Source of the DNA: Nageia nagi
Lineage: Eukaryota > Plantae > Pinophyta
Length of the DNA stretch: 64,000 bases
Reading direction: 5' to 3'
Assembly: GCA_050084985.1 (NCBI GenBank)
Contig: JBITNC010000001.1
Coordinates: 198,400,001 to 198,464,000 of the forward strand
In this document: positions 14,499 to 26,360 of the stretch, piece after piece
Layout of the letters: each line of letters starts with the position of its first letter
Numbering within the stretch: the stretch's first letter is position 1
Translations under genes and position numbers: made by a program
The notes under the pieces: generated by a model
Told to the model about the DNA's origin: nothing
The model's input: only the letters and a program-made list of their open reading frames with translations
Database searches by the model: none

Positions 14499-14946
14499 AT
14501 TCTTATATTGAATTCATGTTTGTGATGACAACTTCACCCTTAGAAGGATTTTATGCTGTATAGTGTTGATTTTATTGTAAACCTTCATGTTAAGTTTGCT
14601 CTGCATGAGGAACTTGTTGTATAAATTTTTAGAGTAAAAAGATTAACTAATTTAGCACTGTTTAGTTATCCATGTGTGAGAAACTCTTATTTCTTTTGAC
14701 ACTATTCAATTATCCATATGTGAGAAACTCATATGTGCATGGTCTATTTTGTAATGATAATCAACACATATTTTATATACAATAGGTGACTATGAGTTTT
14801 AGCTTGCCATATTTATGATGACTTATAGTACACCATTGATCAGTTAATGATGGTATTTACTTGATTCATCTATCCTTATTGATATTAATATGTTGGATAT
14901 AACTAATCTTATTATTTGAGTTACTTATGATTGTTGATTAGTATAG

Positions 14947-16970
14947 CATAACTTAAGCAGTTTGGTCTAGTCATGTTCTCTACTTCCTACAATGGTAGGT
15001 TCCTTGAAAGAGCAGAAGGTTGTGGGGATGCGCTTGTGTTGATTTTCTCCTCAATCTTTGATTTATAGGTTAGTTCCTATCTATATTTAAGATCAAAAGT
15101 AACAAGAAAGAAACAAAAAGATGGAGAGTTATAGGAAAGAGATAAGTAAATAAACAACTAAAATAAGAAATTTACAACCAAGGCATTACACCATAGGTAG
15201 CAATCCATAGCCAAGATTAAGAATAGCAAACTATCTTGCACTTGGGGTCTCGTAATCATAACATAGCCATAATTTGAAGAAAACACTCCATACATAACAT
15301 TCACAAAATTAATAATAGCCACTTTGTTGCAAGAGGGTAAGGCATTATCTATTTGTATTATCATATGTAAATTGCTCTTACTGATTAGGGAAAATTTGCT
15401 AAAATGTTCAACCTTTTTTATTTCTAAAAGCTAGCTATTTATACAAATTCCCCCCCTCCTTGGGTGGTTGGGTTTTATTAATATACATTACTACTAGCAT
15501 TGAATGAAATAACTAAAATAGCACTATTTATATAAATGCTACAACTATACTAGATTATATAGTGAACAAGTACTAATCAACATAATTATTTGGGAATTTG
15601 CAACTTTTGGTTAGCCATGTCTATAGAGCTGCAATCCTTCTAACATATTAATTGCTCCTTCTTCAACCCTATAGTTGATTAAGTATAACACTATTGCTGA
15701 TTGAAGGTAGCATTATAGTTGATTGGAGATAGCACTATAGCTGATTGAGTAGTTGTTTGATTGCACATTGATTGGTACAATTTGGTATTATGCTTTATGA
15801 TCTGCTATTTACTTCTCTATAATCTTTATGATCTCTACTATGGATGTTAGTAATCAAAATAATGGTGGTTGATAGATATTATGTTCACTTGGTTCAAGAA
15901 GAATTGCCATTGTTATGTGGAAATGAGTCAATGCTGACACATTAACAAGGCCTCAAGGGTCAAACACTTAAGATGAAGTGGACCTTGGTGTTCTTTCTCA
16001 TGCATTACTCTTTCACTTACTTAGCAGGCTCTATGTTCTTCTTTTAAGCTCTATTAATGATTTGGTTCTTCTAGAACTCATTGATTTCAGCTAAAAAACA
16101 TGATGTCATTTCTTAGGATCAATAGGATCTATTGATATATTGATTTCTCTAAGACCCAATAATTTTTATCAAAAAAATGTGATGTCATCTTTCAAAATCA
16201 CTAGGCTCTATTGATATTTTGATTCTACTGAGACCCACTAATTTTAATCAAAAACTATGATGTCATCTTTTAAAGTTACCAAGCTCTATTGATGTTCTTC
16301 AAAAGTTTGTACCCACCATTACTTGCTCTAGGACCTGCTTATTTTTATCAAAAATTATGATATCATCCTTCGAAATCCTCAGGCTTTATTAATGTTTTGA
16401 TTCTATCAGGACCCACTTATTTTTACCAAAACTTGTGACATCATCCTTTAAAATCTTTGAGCATTATTGATATTCTTCAAAAGTTAAACTCTGAATGTGT
16501 ACAAGTTTTAGACATTTGTGCCAACATTTCCTAAATACTCTAAGGTAATAAATATGATTCTGGGAAACTTTAACATACATGAATTCTTGAGTATACTAAA
16601 GAAGATGACATGACTCTTGGGCACTCTCACCTCTCGATCACTAAAGAATAAAAGAATATAGAATTGACATAAGTCTTATTGACATAAATATTAGGTATCC
16701 TTATTTAATAATCCTCAGGTACTACTAAAAAAATGACATAACTCCTAGGTATCCTTATTTACATAATTCCCAGGTGCTACTAAAAAAATGACTCCCAACA
16801 CTCTAAGGAAAAGAAATGAGAAGAGAAGGGATTTGTAATGAAAGAATACAAAATTTTACAACTCATGAAGACTCTACAAGAATAATTTCCCCCTGTGTAC
16901 TCTTATATACACAACTCCTAGTCACTAAAAAATGAAATAATGAAGAATGAAAAATAATAGAATTACATCA
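14947..16970 (-). repeat. LTR or LTR-proximal region related to 1-1975, in inverted orientation; 3' or solo LTR
   Basis: Reverse-complement similarity to ~1510-1975. Minus-strand TATAAATAG near 15435-15443. No PBS beyond 14947. The 5' LTR boundary is not resolved. Confidence 0.65.
16048..16485. repeat. Degenerate tandem array, ~78 bp unit, 5-6 copies
   Basis: Units begin g(c/a)(t/a)(c/t)tatt(g/a)at at 16048, 16126, 16205, 16283, 16383 and 16461; the first five carry a tga(t/c)(g/a)tcat core. Confidence 0.8.
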
Positions 16971-19900
16971 ATTTTTGAGTGTTATTATAAAGGAATACAA
17001 TTTTTTGGTAGCTCTTTGGGGTCTCTACCTGTTGGAGAATAGAACCCTTCAACTATTGCTCCTAGTGGCTTGACCAGAATTGGACCTAGTTGTAGCTTTA
17101 ATTGCTACCATCATGTTTGGTGGGAGGAATGATTGCATCCTTTTATTTAGATCACTTAGATCTTTATAATAAACTTATGATAAGATGGAGGATACCTTAA
17201 TCTTATCTATGTCTACTTTGAACCCTTTCAAGACACTTTTTAGCCTTCTAGCATGTAAAAATTTTATAATGGCTTCCTAAGCCAACTCATTTATTTGTTG
17301 AAGATCTGAGATTTGTTTCTCAAAAAAAGATTATTTCAAGAATTGAATGGTATTGGCTACTCAATTGGTAGCACTACCTTGTACATTTTACTTCTCCCAT
17401 AATTTGGAAGCCTTCATGTCAATTAAAGAATTTGTTAATAAATTCCAGCTCTATTATGAGTTGGTGTTTATTTATGTCCATGTTAAATACTAAAGTTTGG
17501 AGTTCACAAATTTCTTAGATCCTTTTTTGATATGGCTATTTTGGCTTAGAGGAGACTGTTGCAAACTCCTTTTTAGTCAAAATTCTTAATCGAACCTGCA
17601 TCCTTTCTAAAATTATTCTAGGTATATCTAGAGCTAGCTTATGAAGAGCAATTTGAGCATGAAACTCCTTGATGGCTTATATAGCTTACTCCTTGAGTAG
17701 ATGCAAGTGAGTTAATATTATCATTCTATCATCAACTTGTTCTAGCAAATATTTTCTAAAGTTTTTCATGAGTAGTAATAACTTTGCATTATCATCTGAT
17801 AGAACTTTATTTTTTGTACTAATAGTCTACATCCCAACCTTAATTTGTTTGATTTTCTAAGCATCCATGATTGTAGCTTGAGATTTGAACTCTTCTATCA
17901 CTTGATTTGCAATATCTAGCTTAGCTCTTGATGTTGCCATGCTCTTATCAAATTTTATTTTCTATTTCTCAAGCTTTACAATCAATTCTTTATTCTTATT
18001 CTGCAAATTGGATACTATTTTATCTTTAAGGGAGTAGTCTTTCTTATATTGATCAATTTTTTATTTAATTTCCCTATTTTAGTCTCCATGACTTTTACCA
18101 GCTACCATTGAAGTATTTACAAGAAATTTGGATTGGTCAATAGCCAGTGCGCTCTACATATTTACATCTATTATTATCATGAGAGTAAAATCTAGCTACC
18201 CTTCTTTGAATGGCATCTAAGCAATTTTTATATCTCCCATCTTTTTTACTTTGCTCAAAATTCTCAACTGTTTCTCAAGGAGCATAGGAGATTTATTAAC
18301 AAAATTTGCCTAATCAATGGGCTCTACAATTTGTGTAGAAAAAATAGACTTTATTTCTTCTTATGAGGCTATAGGAATAAAAGAATGAGTAGAAATAATT
18401 TTACCTGCAATAGGTGCCTCAACTTGTTGAATTGGTTGGGACTACCAGGGAGGAGTCAACTATTGGACTTTTAGTTCAGGTTCGACTTCTTCCATTTCCT
18501 GACCTTATTCTTTAGGCTTATCCATTGGACCAAAGTCTTTTTTTTTAGAATTATCATCATCTTCACCATCTCCCAACCCTCCTCCAGGTGCAACTGTTGT
18601 TGTCTTACTAGCCTTAGGTATACTTCCCTTACTTTGTTGAATCTATCTCTATCCCTCTTTTTGGGTTTCTTTTTGTTTTATTCCTGAACTTGTTCTATAG
18701 CACCAATATCTATATCCTATGGCTCTTTGAACTCCTCTATATCAAAATTTTTTGCTTCTTTTATCACCACCTTTGGTACTTCTTATATTTCCTCTAAAGG
18801 TGAATGTATAGTCATTTGTGATTGTGACCTTGTTGTAGTTGATTGAAGCTTTTTTATAGGCTGTTGCTCTTTCTCCAATATTTGTTGCATTTGAGCTAGA
18901 GTTTGAACTTTACTTTTCTTTTTAGGAGAATGTTTCCAGGAAGAAGTGGTGGTGTCTAACGGGTCTTGTTCTCCCTTATTTAGAGTCTAAACCATGCCAT
19001 ATGGTTCTCTTATTTGCATTATCCTTTCCTCTATAGCAAGTTTTCTACAAAAATGAGGAGGAAGAGGTTGTCCCAACTCTAGTAGAGGATCTTTAGAATA
19101 CTCTGCCTCCTAGTATTTATCATATTTGAATTTTTAAAATAACTCACTTTTAATGTGGTGAATTTTTATGTTATAATCAAATTTGAATCTCATAAAATAA
19201 TGAATTTTATTGGTACAACACCCAAGATATGCTAATTAGGTGAGGCCCTTTGGGTTGGGAGTAAAATATTGCTCGTTATTTTTTCAATTTCTATATTTTC
19301 TTACTCCTTCTAGGGTTCATACATGCCTTATTCAAGGGTATAAATTCCTAATCTGGGTACATTTCTACCTCTTGCTTAGTTTTATTTACAAAATATTCTA
19401 TATGGGGCCTACCATCATGGACAAATGTTGGATGTTTTTTGCTAGTCCTTATTATTTGGGTCATTTCCCTTGATGGGTCATACATCCATGTAGTTTTCAT
19501 CTTATATAACTTAAAATTCTGTACAATAAATTGGGCTATACTATCTATACATCTTATCTTTAAAAAAGTAAAATTCTTGATAGAAGCAGGTATATTTACA
19601 ATAGACTTAAAGTTGCCCCCAAACCCATATTTACTCTTTATGGCATAAATCTATCTACCCATCTCTATTGAATACAATTGGGGGATAACATATTTAGGTA
19701 AAAAGAAGAGTTTCTCAAAATACCCATACTTGATTATTACTGTGCAATTTCTCAAGAAGTACCAATCATTGATTTTATTTCTACCTTGTAGCTCCCTTAT
19801 TGTGCTTTTTCACAGCCTACTAGGGCGTTTTCCAATCAAAATTTTTACTATAGTTGCATATAACTTTTCCATGAACTCATAGTAGAATCCATGCAACTTG

Positions 19901-20815
19901 GTCAAAATTGGCACCATCAGGTCAATTAGCATTGATGTAGCACTAGAACTGGTTGACTCAACTAGGAGCCCTGCCTCTATAAGTTTGTCCACATTTTAAT
20001 GGACAAAGAACCACCAAAGATACAAACAATGTCTAAAATCTAATTTTTCAATCTTGAATAAACACCTCTTAATTTCTTTGGTTATGAAAGATAAAAAATT
20101 ATAGTATATGTGGGCTTCTAAAATATTATAAGCCATGTGCACCATGGCTTTATCTGCTTCAATTTGGGTCTTCTTTCCTAGGATGATTGTGAGTGCCTAC
20201 AGTATTTCTCTTTCTTTCTTTCAAAAAGAGCTATTTGGTAGCTTAATAAGAGTTTTGCTTTTTTGCTATCTTGGTATCTTCCACTAATCCAGCTCAGCAT
20301 TTTGTCTTGATTAATATAAAAATCATGTTTCTTCTTTTTCAAAACAATTTATTTTTTAAAATGAAATGTGTAATCTATTGGAATAGCAAATGCTTAGATA
20401 ATGGATTTTGGAGAGTAATCTAGCATTGCTTCAAACACTAGCTCAAAAGTATCTTCCTCTTCAATCCTCTTGAACATTCTAATTTGGTACCCTTTTGATG
20501 ATGCCTGTGTGCTAGGGAGTATAAGAGCTTGGGATAGGTGAAGGACTCATAGAGCACATAATATGCCCAGCCCTAATAAATCATAACATATATCTTTGAA
20601 TAAGTAAGTAACTTTTCTTTTCCACTCACTTTAGGTGTCTTAAGCTTCAAAAAAATGCAACTAGGGTTAGCTCTCCCTGTATCCATATGACTGATTACTC
20701 CCATCTAAGTCCAGTTCACTCCTAGAGCATTCTCAAGATATTCTTCTTGTAAAGAGAGAAGGCCAGCATCAAGTTGTTCCACTTTAGCTATAGAGGATGA
20801 TTGAGAGGTCACCAT
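16970..20815 (-). pseudogene. Degenerate retrotransposon accessory ORF of unknown function, homologous to 45179-48760
   Basis: Manual translation gives DFRHCLYLWWFFVH (~20040-19998), FYYEFMEKLY...GKRPSRL (ORF 19810-19992) and DWYFLRNCTVIIKYGYFEKLFFLPKYVIPQLYSIEMGR* (~19770-19650), plus a coiled-coil-like C-terminal part (~17870-18000). Candidate ATG at 20815; both ends approximate. Confidence 0.7.
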
Positions 20816-21169
20816 AATATTAACATATTTTCTTGAACCTCTAGTTGTCATTAAAAATAACAGTCTAGGCGATGTGAGGTCCTACAACCTTTCTCTTTCT
20901 CAAGACAACTCGAATCTAAAATCTCTAAGTTCTTAATGCTTTGGAAACTTGAGTGATCAAAATTAGCTAAGTGTAAAACTATAGAGTATGGGAGGAGTTT
21001 TATTTGTCTAAGGTTGGTAAGATTTCTATTAATGGTAATTACTTCTTAAGGATCTCGAGACCCGTGCATTATACAAATTAAGCTAGCATAGGCTATATTA
21101 GTAAATTCAAAGCACACTAGACTTAATTTGTTGTACTTGTATGATGGTTCGTAAAATCTAAGGAAATAT

Positions 21170-23431
21170 TTTTTTAAATGCTCTCAAGGATAAGACTCCG
21201 TTCGAAATGTGGTTTGGTCATATTCTTTCTGTGCATCATCTCAAGATTTTTGGTTCCACTTGTTATGCACTCATACCTAGGGAATAATGCAACAAGCTTG
21301 GAGCTAGGAGTCAAAAGTGTATTTTATTGGGTTATTTAAACACAACCAAGGGATACAAGCTTTATGATGAGGTAAACAAGAAGTTTCTCTTTGCTAGGGA
21401 TGTAATTTTTCTTGAATTTTACAAGAGTGATAATGTTGTTGAGCGAAAGCTTGATCAGTTTACCCATGGGAAGCACTATTTTGAAACAAATTATGACATT
21501 CCAAATCTTGAGGGGGAAATTCCTATATTGGATCAAAATTTGGAATTTTTACGCTTGTTCCTAAAGAATAAGCATCAAAAGTACCCTCTCTAACAGGTTC
21601 TTCTAGTTGATCAGTGCTAGTATCTAAGAGTCAATTAGATGAAGTGATTGGAGGGATTGGTTGGTTGAATATTGATGGAAGTGAAGTTCCACCTTAGCTG
21701 AGTGATCAACAAAAATAGTAAGAGAAGATTCCAAAGTGGACCTCAAGAACACTTGAAAGTGTTCATACTGATGAAATTGGAAAGATAGGAATTGGAAGCT
21801 CCTACATAGCAAAATTCAATTTTAGGCGATGAAAATAATGATGATATTTTTGTTGATGATTAGAAATATAATTTTAATATGTAATTGAATTATTTTGCTA
21901 ATTTTGAACCAACTTCCTTCAAAGAAACTATTTCTCATGATGCTTGGATAGAAGCCATGAAGAAAGAGTATGATGCTCTCATCAAGAATGGGACATGGAA
22001 GCTGGTAGATCCTCCATATAGAACCAAACTGATTAGATGCAAGTAAGTTTACAATAATAAGTATAAATTAGTTAGCTCACTTAACAAAAATAAAGCAAGG
22101 CTTGTTGCAAAAGGTTTTGGATAGAGAGAAGGCATTGACTATGATGAGACTTTTGCTCCTATAGCTAAATGGGATACCACCATTCTTTGTTGGCTATGGC
22201 TACTCAACATGCATGGAAGGTTAATCAAATGGATGTAAAGATAGCTTTCCTAAATGGTGATTTGAAAGAGAATGTTTACATGACATACCCAGAGGGATTT
22301 GTAGTTAAAGGTCAAGAGCATAAGGTATGGAATCTTATCAAGTCTTTGTATGGATTGAAGCAAGCTCTTAGTGCATGGTTTGAAAAGCTTACATAATATC
22401 TTTTGAAGATGAATTTCAAGCACTATAACCTTGATGATGTAACATTATTTATTAAGAAATTTGGCAACACTATTGTATATCTAATGGTGTATGTATATGA
22501 TCTATTGATTGCAAGGAACAATGAAAGATACATAGCATATGTGAAACAAGAATTGAAGAAAGGATTTGAAATGATAGATATGGGCCTACTTCACTACTAC
22601 TTGGGTGTTGAAGTAAATCAAACACCAAGTTACATTTTCAATTTCCTAAAGGACATTAGAGAGTTTTTGAATAGATTTGGTAAGGAAGATTGCAATCCTC
22701 TCTCTACTCCAATGGAACAAAACATAAACTTAAAATTAGTTGAGGGAAATCAATTTGAGGATGCTACAAAATTCAGATAGTTGATAAGAAGTATCATTTA
22801 TCTAATCACAACTAGACCAGATATTTCATTCTTGGTTGGAATTCTTTCTCAATTTATGCACACACCTTGTGAAGGCCATTGGTTAGCAACAAAGAGAATT
22901 CTTAGATATTTGAAAGGAACTCAAGATTTTGGGCTAAAATATTTCAAGGTTAAAGACTTCAAACTTCTTGGATATTCTAATTCAAACTTTGTTAGAGATA
23001 AGGAGAATGGAGTTTCAACTTTCAGATATCTTATGAGTCTTGGATCAATAGCTATTTCCTATAGATCATAAAAATAATTAGTTCTAGCAGATTCCACAAT
23101 TGAGGTAGAATATGTGGCTACTACATAAGCAATAAAAGAAATTGTGTGGCTTAGGAAAATACTAGAATATTTGTAGGAGAAACAAATGCTTCCAACTCCA
23201 CTTTTGATCGATAATACTTTTGCAATCAAATTGGCCAAGAATCCAAAGTTTCATGATCAAACAAAGCATATCAACATGAAGTATCATTTGATTCAACATC
23301 ATGTAAAGGTCAAGACAATTTGGGTAAAACATTATTCCATTGAAGAACAAATAGTAGACATCTTCACCAAGGCACTTGGAAGAGAGAAGTTTAGATCAAT
23401 GCTCATACTTACAAATACCCCTTTAGATTAA
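21170..23431 (+). pseudogene. Ty1/copia element 2: 5'-truncated pol (INT C-terminus, RT, RH)
   Basis: KDKTPFEMWFG, GYKLYD...FARDVIF, EGIDYDETFAP, QMDVKIAFLNGDL, KSLYGLKQA, TTRPDISF, KNPKFHDQTKHI, DIFTKAL. Followed by PPT AAGAAGGGAA and an LTR start TGTTAAAA at 23440. Confidence 0.93.
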
Positions 23432-23589
23432 GAAGGGAATGTTAAAACCATAATATTTATGGTATTTGTAAATATTAGTGTAGAATCAACATGTGTTGAT
23501 CATATGTTAATCAGTTAGTTAGTTAGTTTAGTTAGTTAAGCTAATTACTATTTTCAAAAAAGTTAGTTACATTACCTCTCTATAAATAT

Positions 23590-24476
23590 TGTACCACTAT
23601 TTTCCAATTAATTTAATTTTAGATTTTATGATCAAACTTACACCCTTGATACCTCAAATGCAGGTTGCACCACAAGTGGCTAAGATAGAGTCTCCACTCA
23701 ATCTAAAATAGAGGGTTTATAATCAAATTTAGCATATCTCATAATGAATATGAGTTCTCCTTTTATAGGTGAGGGTGATCATCTTCTAATATTGCATTAG
23801 GATGATTCAACAATGGAGAGATATGATCCGTGTGATCATGTATGCAACATTTGAGATAGGGAGCCTTGAAATAAGTGAAATCACATCCAAGGGCCAAGAT
23901 AGTCAATGCCTAAGAGGGGGTGATAACAAAATACCTTATGATCAATGCCATCGGTCCATGTGCCTAGGAAGGCCAATGTGGGGTCTTGGGATGCTCCCAT
24001 GCCCAACGTCCATGCTCTAGGGTCGTCTACTTGCCTTGAGATTGCCAATGCTTAGTTCGAAGTGTTAGGTCCATCTTTGGAGCTCCAAATGTGCTCATAG
24101 TTGGTGCAATCACCTAGGGAGATGCTCTACCTCGAAGAGGGGAGAACTAATGATTAGAGGTACATTTAATACCAATGTCACAATCATCAAGGTTAAAATA
24201 TGCAACACCTCATCTAATGAGACTAATATTGCATTTACAATTGTAATTACCTTAATATCACAAATACAATATTTATTTGTATTTTGGACAATAAATAAAT
24301 AAAAATAAATAAATTAAAAGGGTCATTTCCTCCATAATTAGAGCTTTATTAAGTCTCTAAGTGGAATTCACATCATTTTTTCCAAATTATACAAAAATTG
24401 ACAAAACACTCCTAAATTAATATTCATATTTATTAGAGGTGAAATGGGAAAAACACCTAAAAAATGGGACATTACA
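23590..24476 (-). repeat. Putative chromovirus-type solo LTR inserted into the 3' LTR of copia 2
   Basis: Right end GGGACATTACA (minus-strand TGTAATGTCCC) resembles the chromovirus LTR termini at 38431 and 56367. Minus-strand TATAAAA near 23761-23767. The left boundary is uncertain. Confidence 0.5.
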
Positions 24477-25764
24477 AAATATTATCAAAAACTTTATGAA
24501 CCTTATCTTTTTATCAATAAGAAGTGCATAATTAACCTTCAATATATTTGGATTTTCTACTGATCTAATGTTGACTTCAATTTGATTTTTGAAAGTATCT
24601 AAATGAGGACTATAGGAATCTTGTTTCTTTTAATCTATATAACACTATTCTCTTCTTCAAGTAATTATGATTCACCTTATTTTTACTATGGTTCAATTTC
24701 TAATTCCTCATCCCTATCAATTAAAACTTTTAAAACATCCCTGTAAAAGGTTAGGAAATTATTTATGTATTTATTATCAATAAAACTTGGAGGTGTGGGA
24801 TGTTATAAAGGACCAAACGTCTATAAACAAAAATGACCATATGACTTTTGGAAAAAGATTAATTAATGAATTTGGTCTACCCTCAAGATACCATCACTAC
24901 TAGAGAATTATTGAAGTTGCTATCATCTTAGGGATTCTAAGATATGTTGAAATATTCAAAAAAATATTTCCACCCAAATAGTGGCCTTATACTATTTGAG
25001 ATTAGGATGTCTAGTTAGACATTTGGACCTAACCTAATGTAAAATACTTCTAAATATTTTATGCTAATTTATCTTGCCTTTTTTTATTCCCAATAATAAT
25101 ACCTTATATTTTGTTGTGTTCTTTTGCATTCAAAGTTAATCTATAAGGAATCATTAGGTAGGTACCTTTTGTATCTTGTATGAGAATGCCCATTCTACTT
25201 CTAATAATTAATTTTGGTCCATCAAAGTACATTTTATAATTTTGGTCCATCAAAGTACATTTTATATAGTGAACTCTCTAAGAGATCACACTTCTTTGTC
25301 TACTTGTTCTCTTTTTCTTGGTATGGGTGTGTAAGGGAATGTAGTACATGATACTACATATATTCCCAAATCTATCTCCTATATTAGCACTATTCATCTA
25401 ATCTCTTTCTATTTGCATACCATATTCCCATAGTATTTATAGTCAAATACTAGTAGTTCTCTCTAATCCATTAGTTGAACATTGTACTTGTCCGTTTGTT
25501 TCTTACGAGGGTCCCTATTTGATTTCTAGTGAGAGGAATAGTAGCCAAGGATCTATCTAATTGTATTAATTATACTAACTTTAAAGCCCAATATTTGGAT
25601 AATAATATGACAAAACAAGGATCAATATCTACCATCACAACACCCATGCTAATAGATCGATTGGGGAATTGATATAAAAATACCATTAAATCCTAAATTA
25701 GCCAAAAACAATGTACTTATATATTATCCATCGCAATAATGGTAGGGTAAGATTTAGTCAAAGA

Positions 25765-26360
25765 ACTATTTTTGCTTCATCCATATACCTAACACAACCA
25801 ACAAGGTCAACCATACATCTATAATGTTCCATTATGGGTGTAATACAACAATATTCATTCATGGATTTGAAGTATTGATAGCCCTCTTTCACTAGACCTG
25901 CATAGCTACATGTAGATAATATAGTAAAAATGTAATATCAACTCGATTAATGCCCACATATTCCAATTGTTCAAATAATTTGATAGCTTCCTTGCTATAA
26001 CCATTACTTGCATACACTGCAATCATTGCACTCTATGAAATTATTTGTTCTTTAGAAATTTTATCAAACAAAACCTTTTGTTGTGCTAATGCTCCAACAT
26101 TTTGCATCCGTGTCTATCATGGTTGTTATCATAATTACATGCAAAAGAAACCCACATCTAATTATTTTTCCATGAATGTCCATGTTCCATTTTAAAGCTA
26201 CAAAAGTTGGACATATAGGAAGAATAATTGCGAAGTTATTACATTTGGTCTAAAATCAATCAATTGAATTTTTTGAAAATACTCAAGGAATTTCAAACTA
26301 TACATTTTTTGTGCATATCCTATGATCATTGTAGTCCATGAGATTGTGTCTTTCTAATAC
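25765..26360 (-). pseudogene. PLS-class pentatricopeptide repeat (PPR) pseudogene fragment
   Basis: Manual translation: KDTISWTTMIIGYAQ...DIHGKIIRCGF...MIDTDAKC...VLFDKISKEQIIS*SAMIAVYASNGYSKEAIKLFEQL...ILSTCSYAGLVKEGYQYFKSM...ITPIMEHYRCMVDLVGCVRYMDEA. This is the typical terminal P2-L2-S2 pattern, with stops and frameshifts. Confidence 0.88.

Noticed and set aside
16048-16485. Repeat array superficially resembling CRISPR
   Set aside because: The units are degenerate along their whole length with no unique spacers, there are no cas genes, and the context is eukaryotic retroelement DNA.
25209-25264. 28 bp direct duplication, and short aaactattgtatt repeats at ~26960-27065
   Set aside because: Ordinary slippage duplications with no associated structure.
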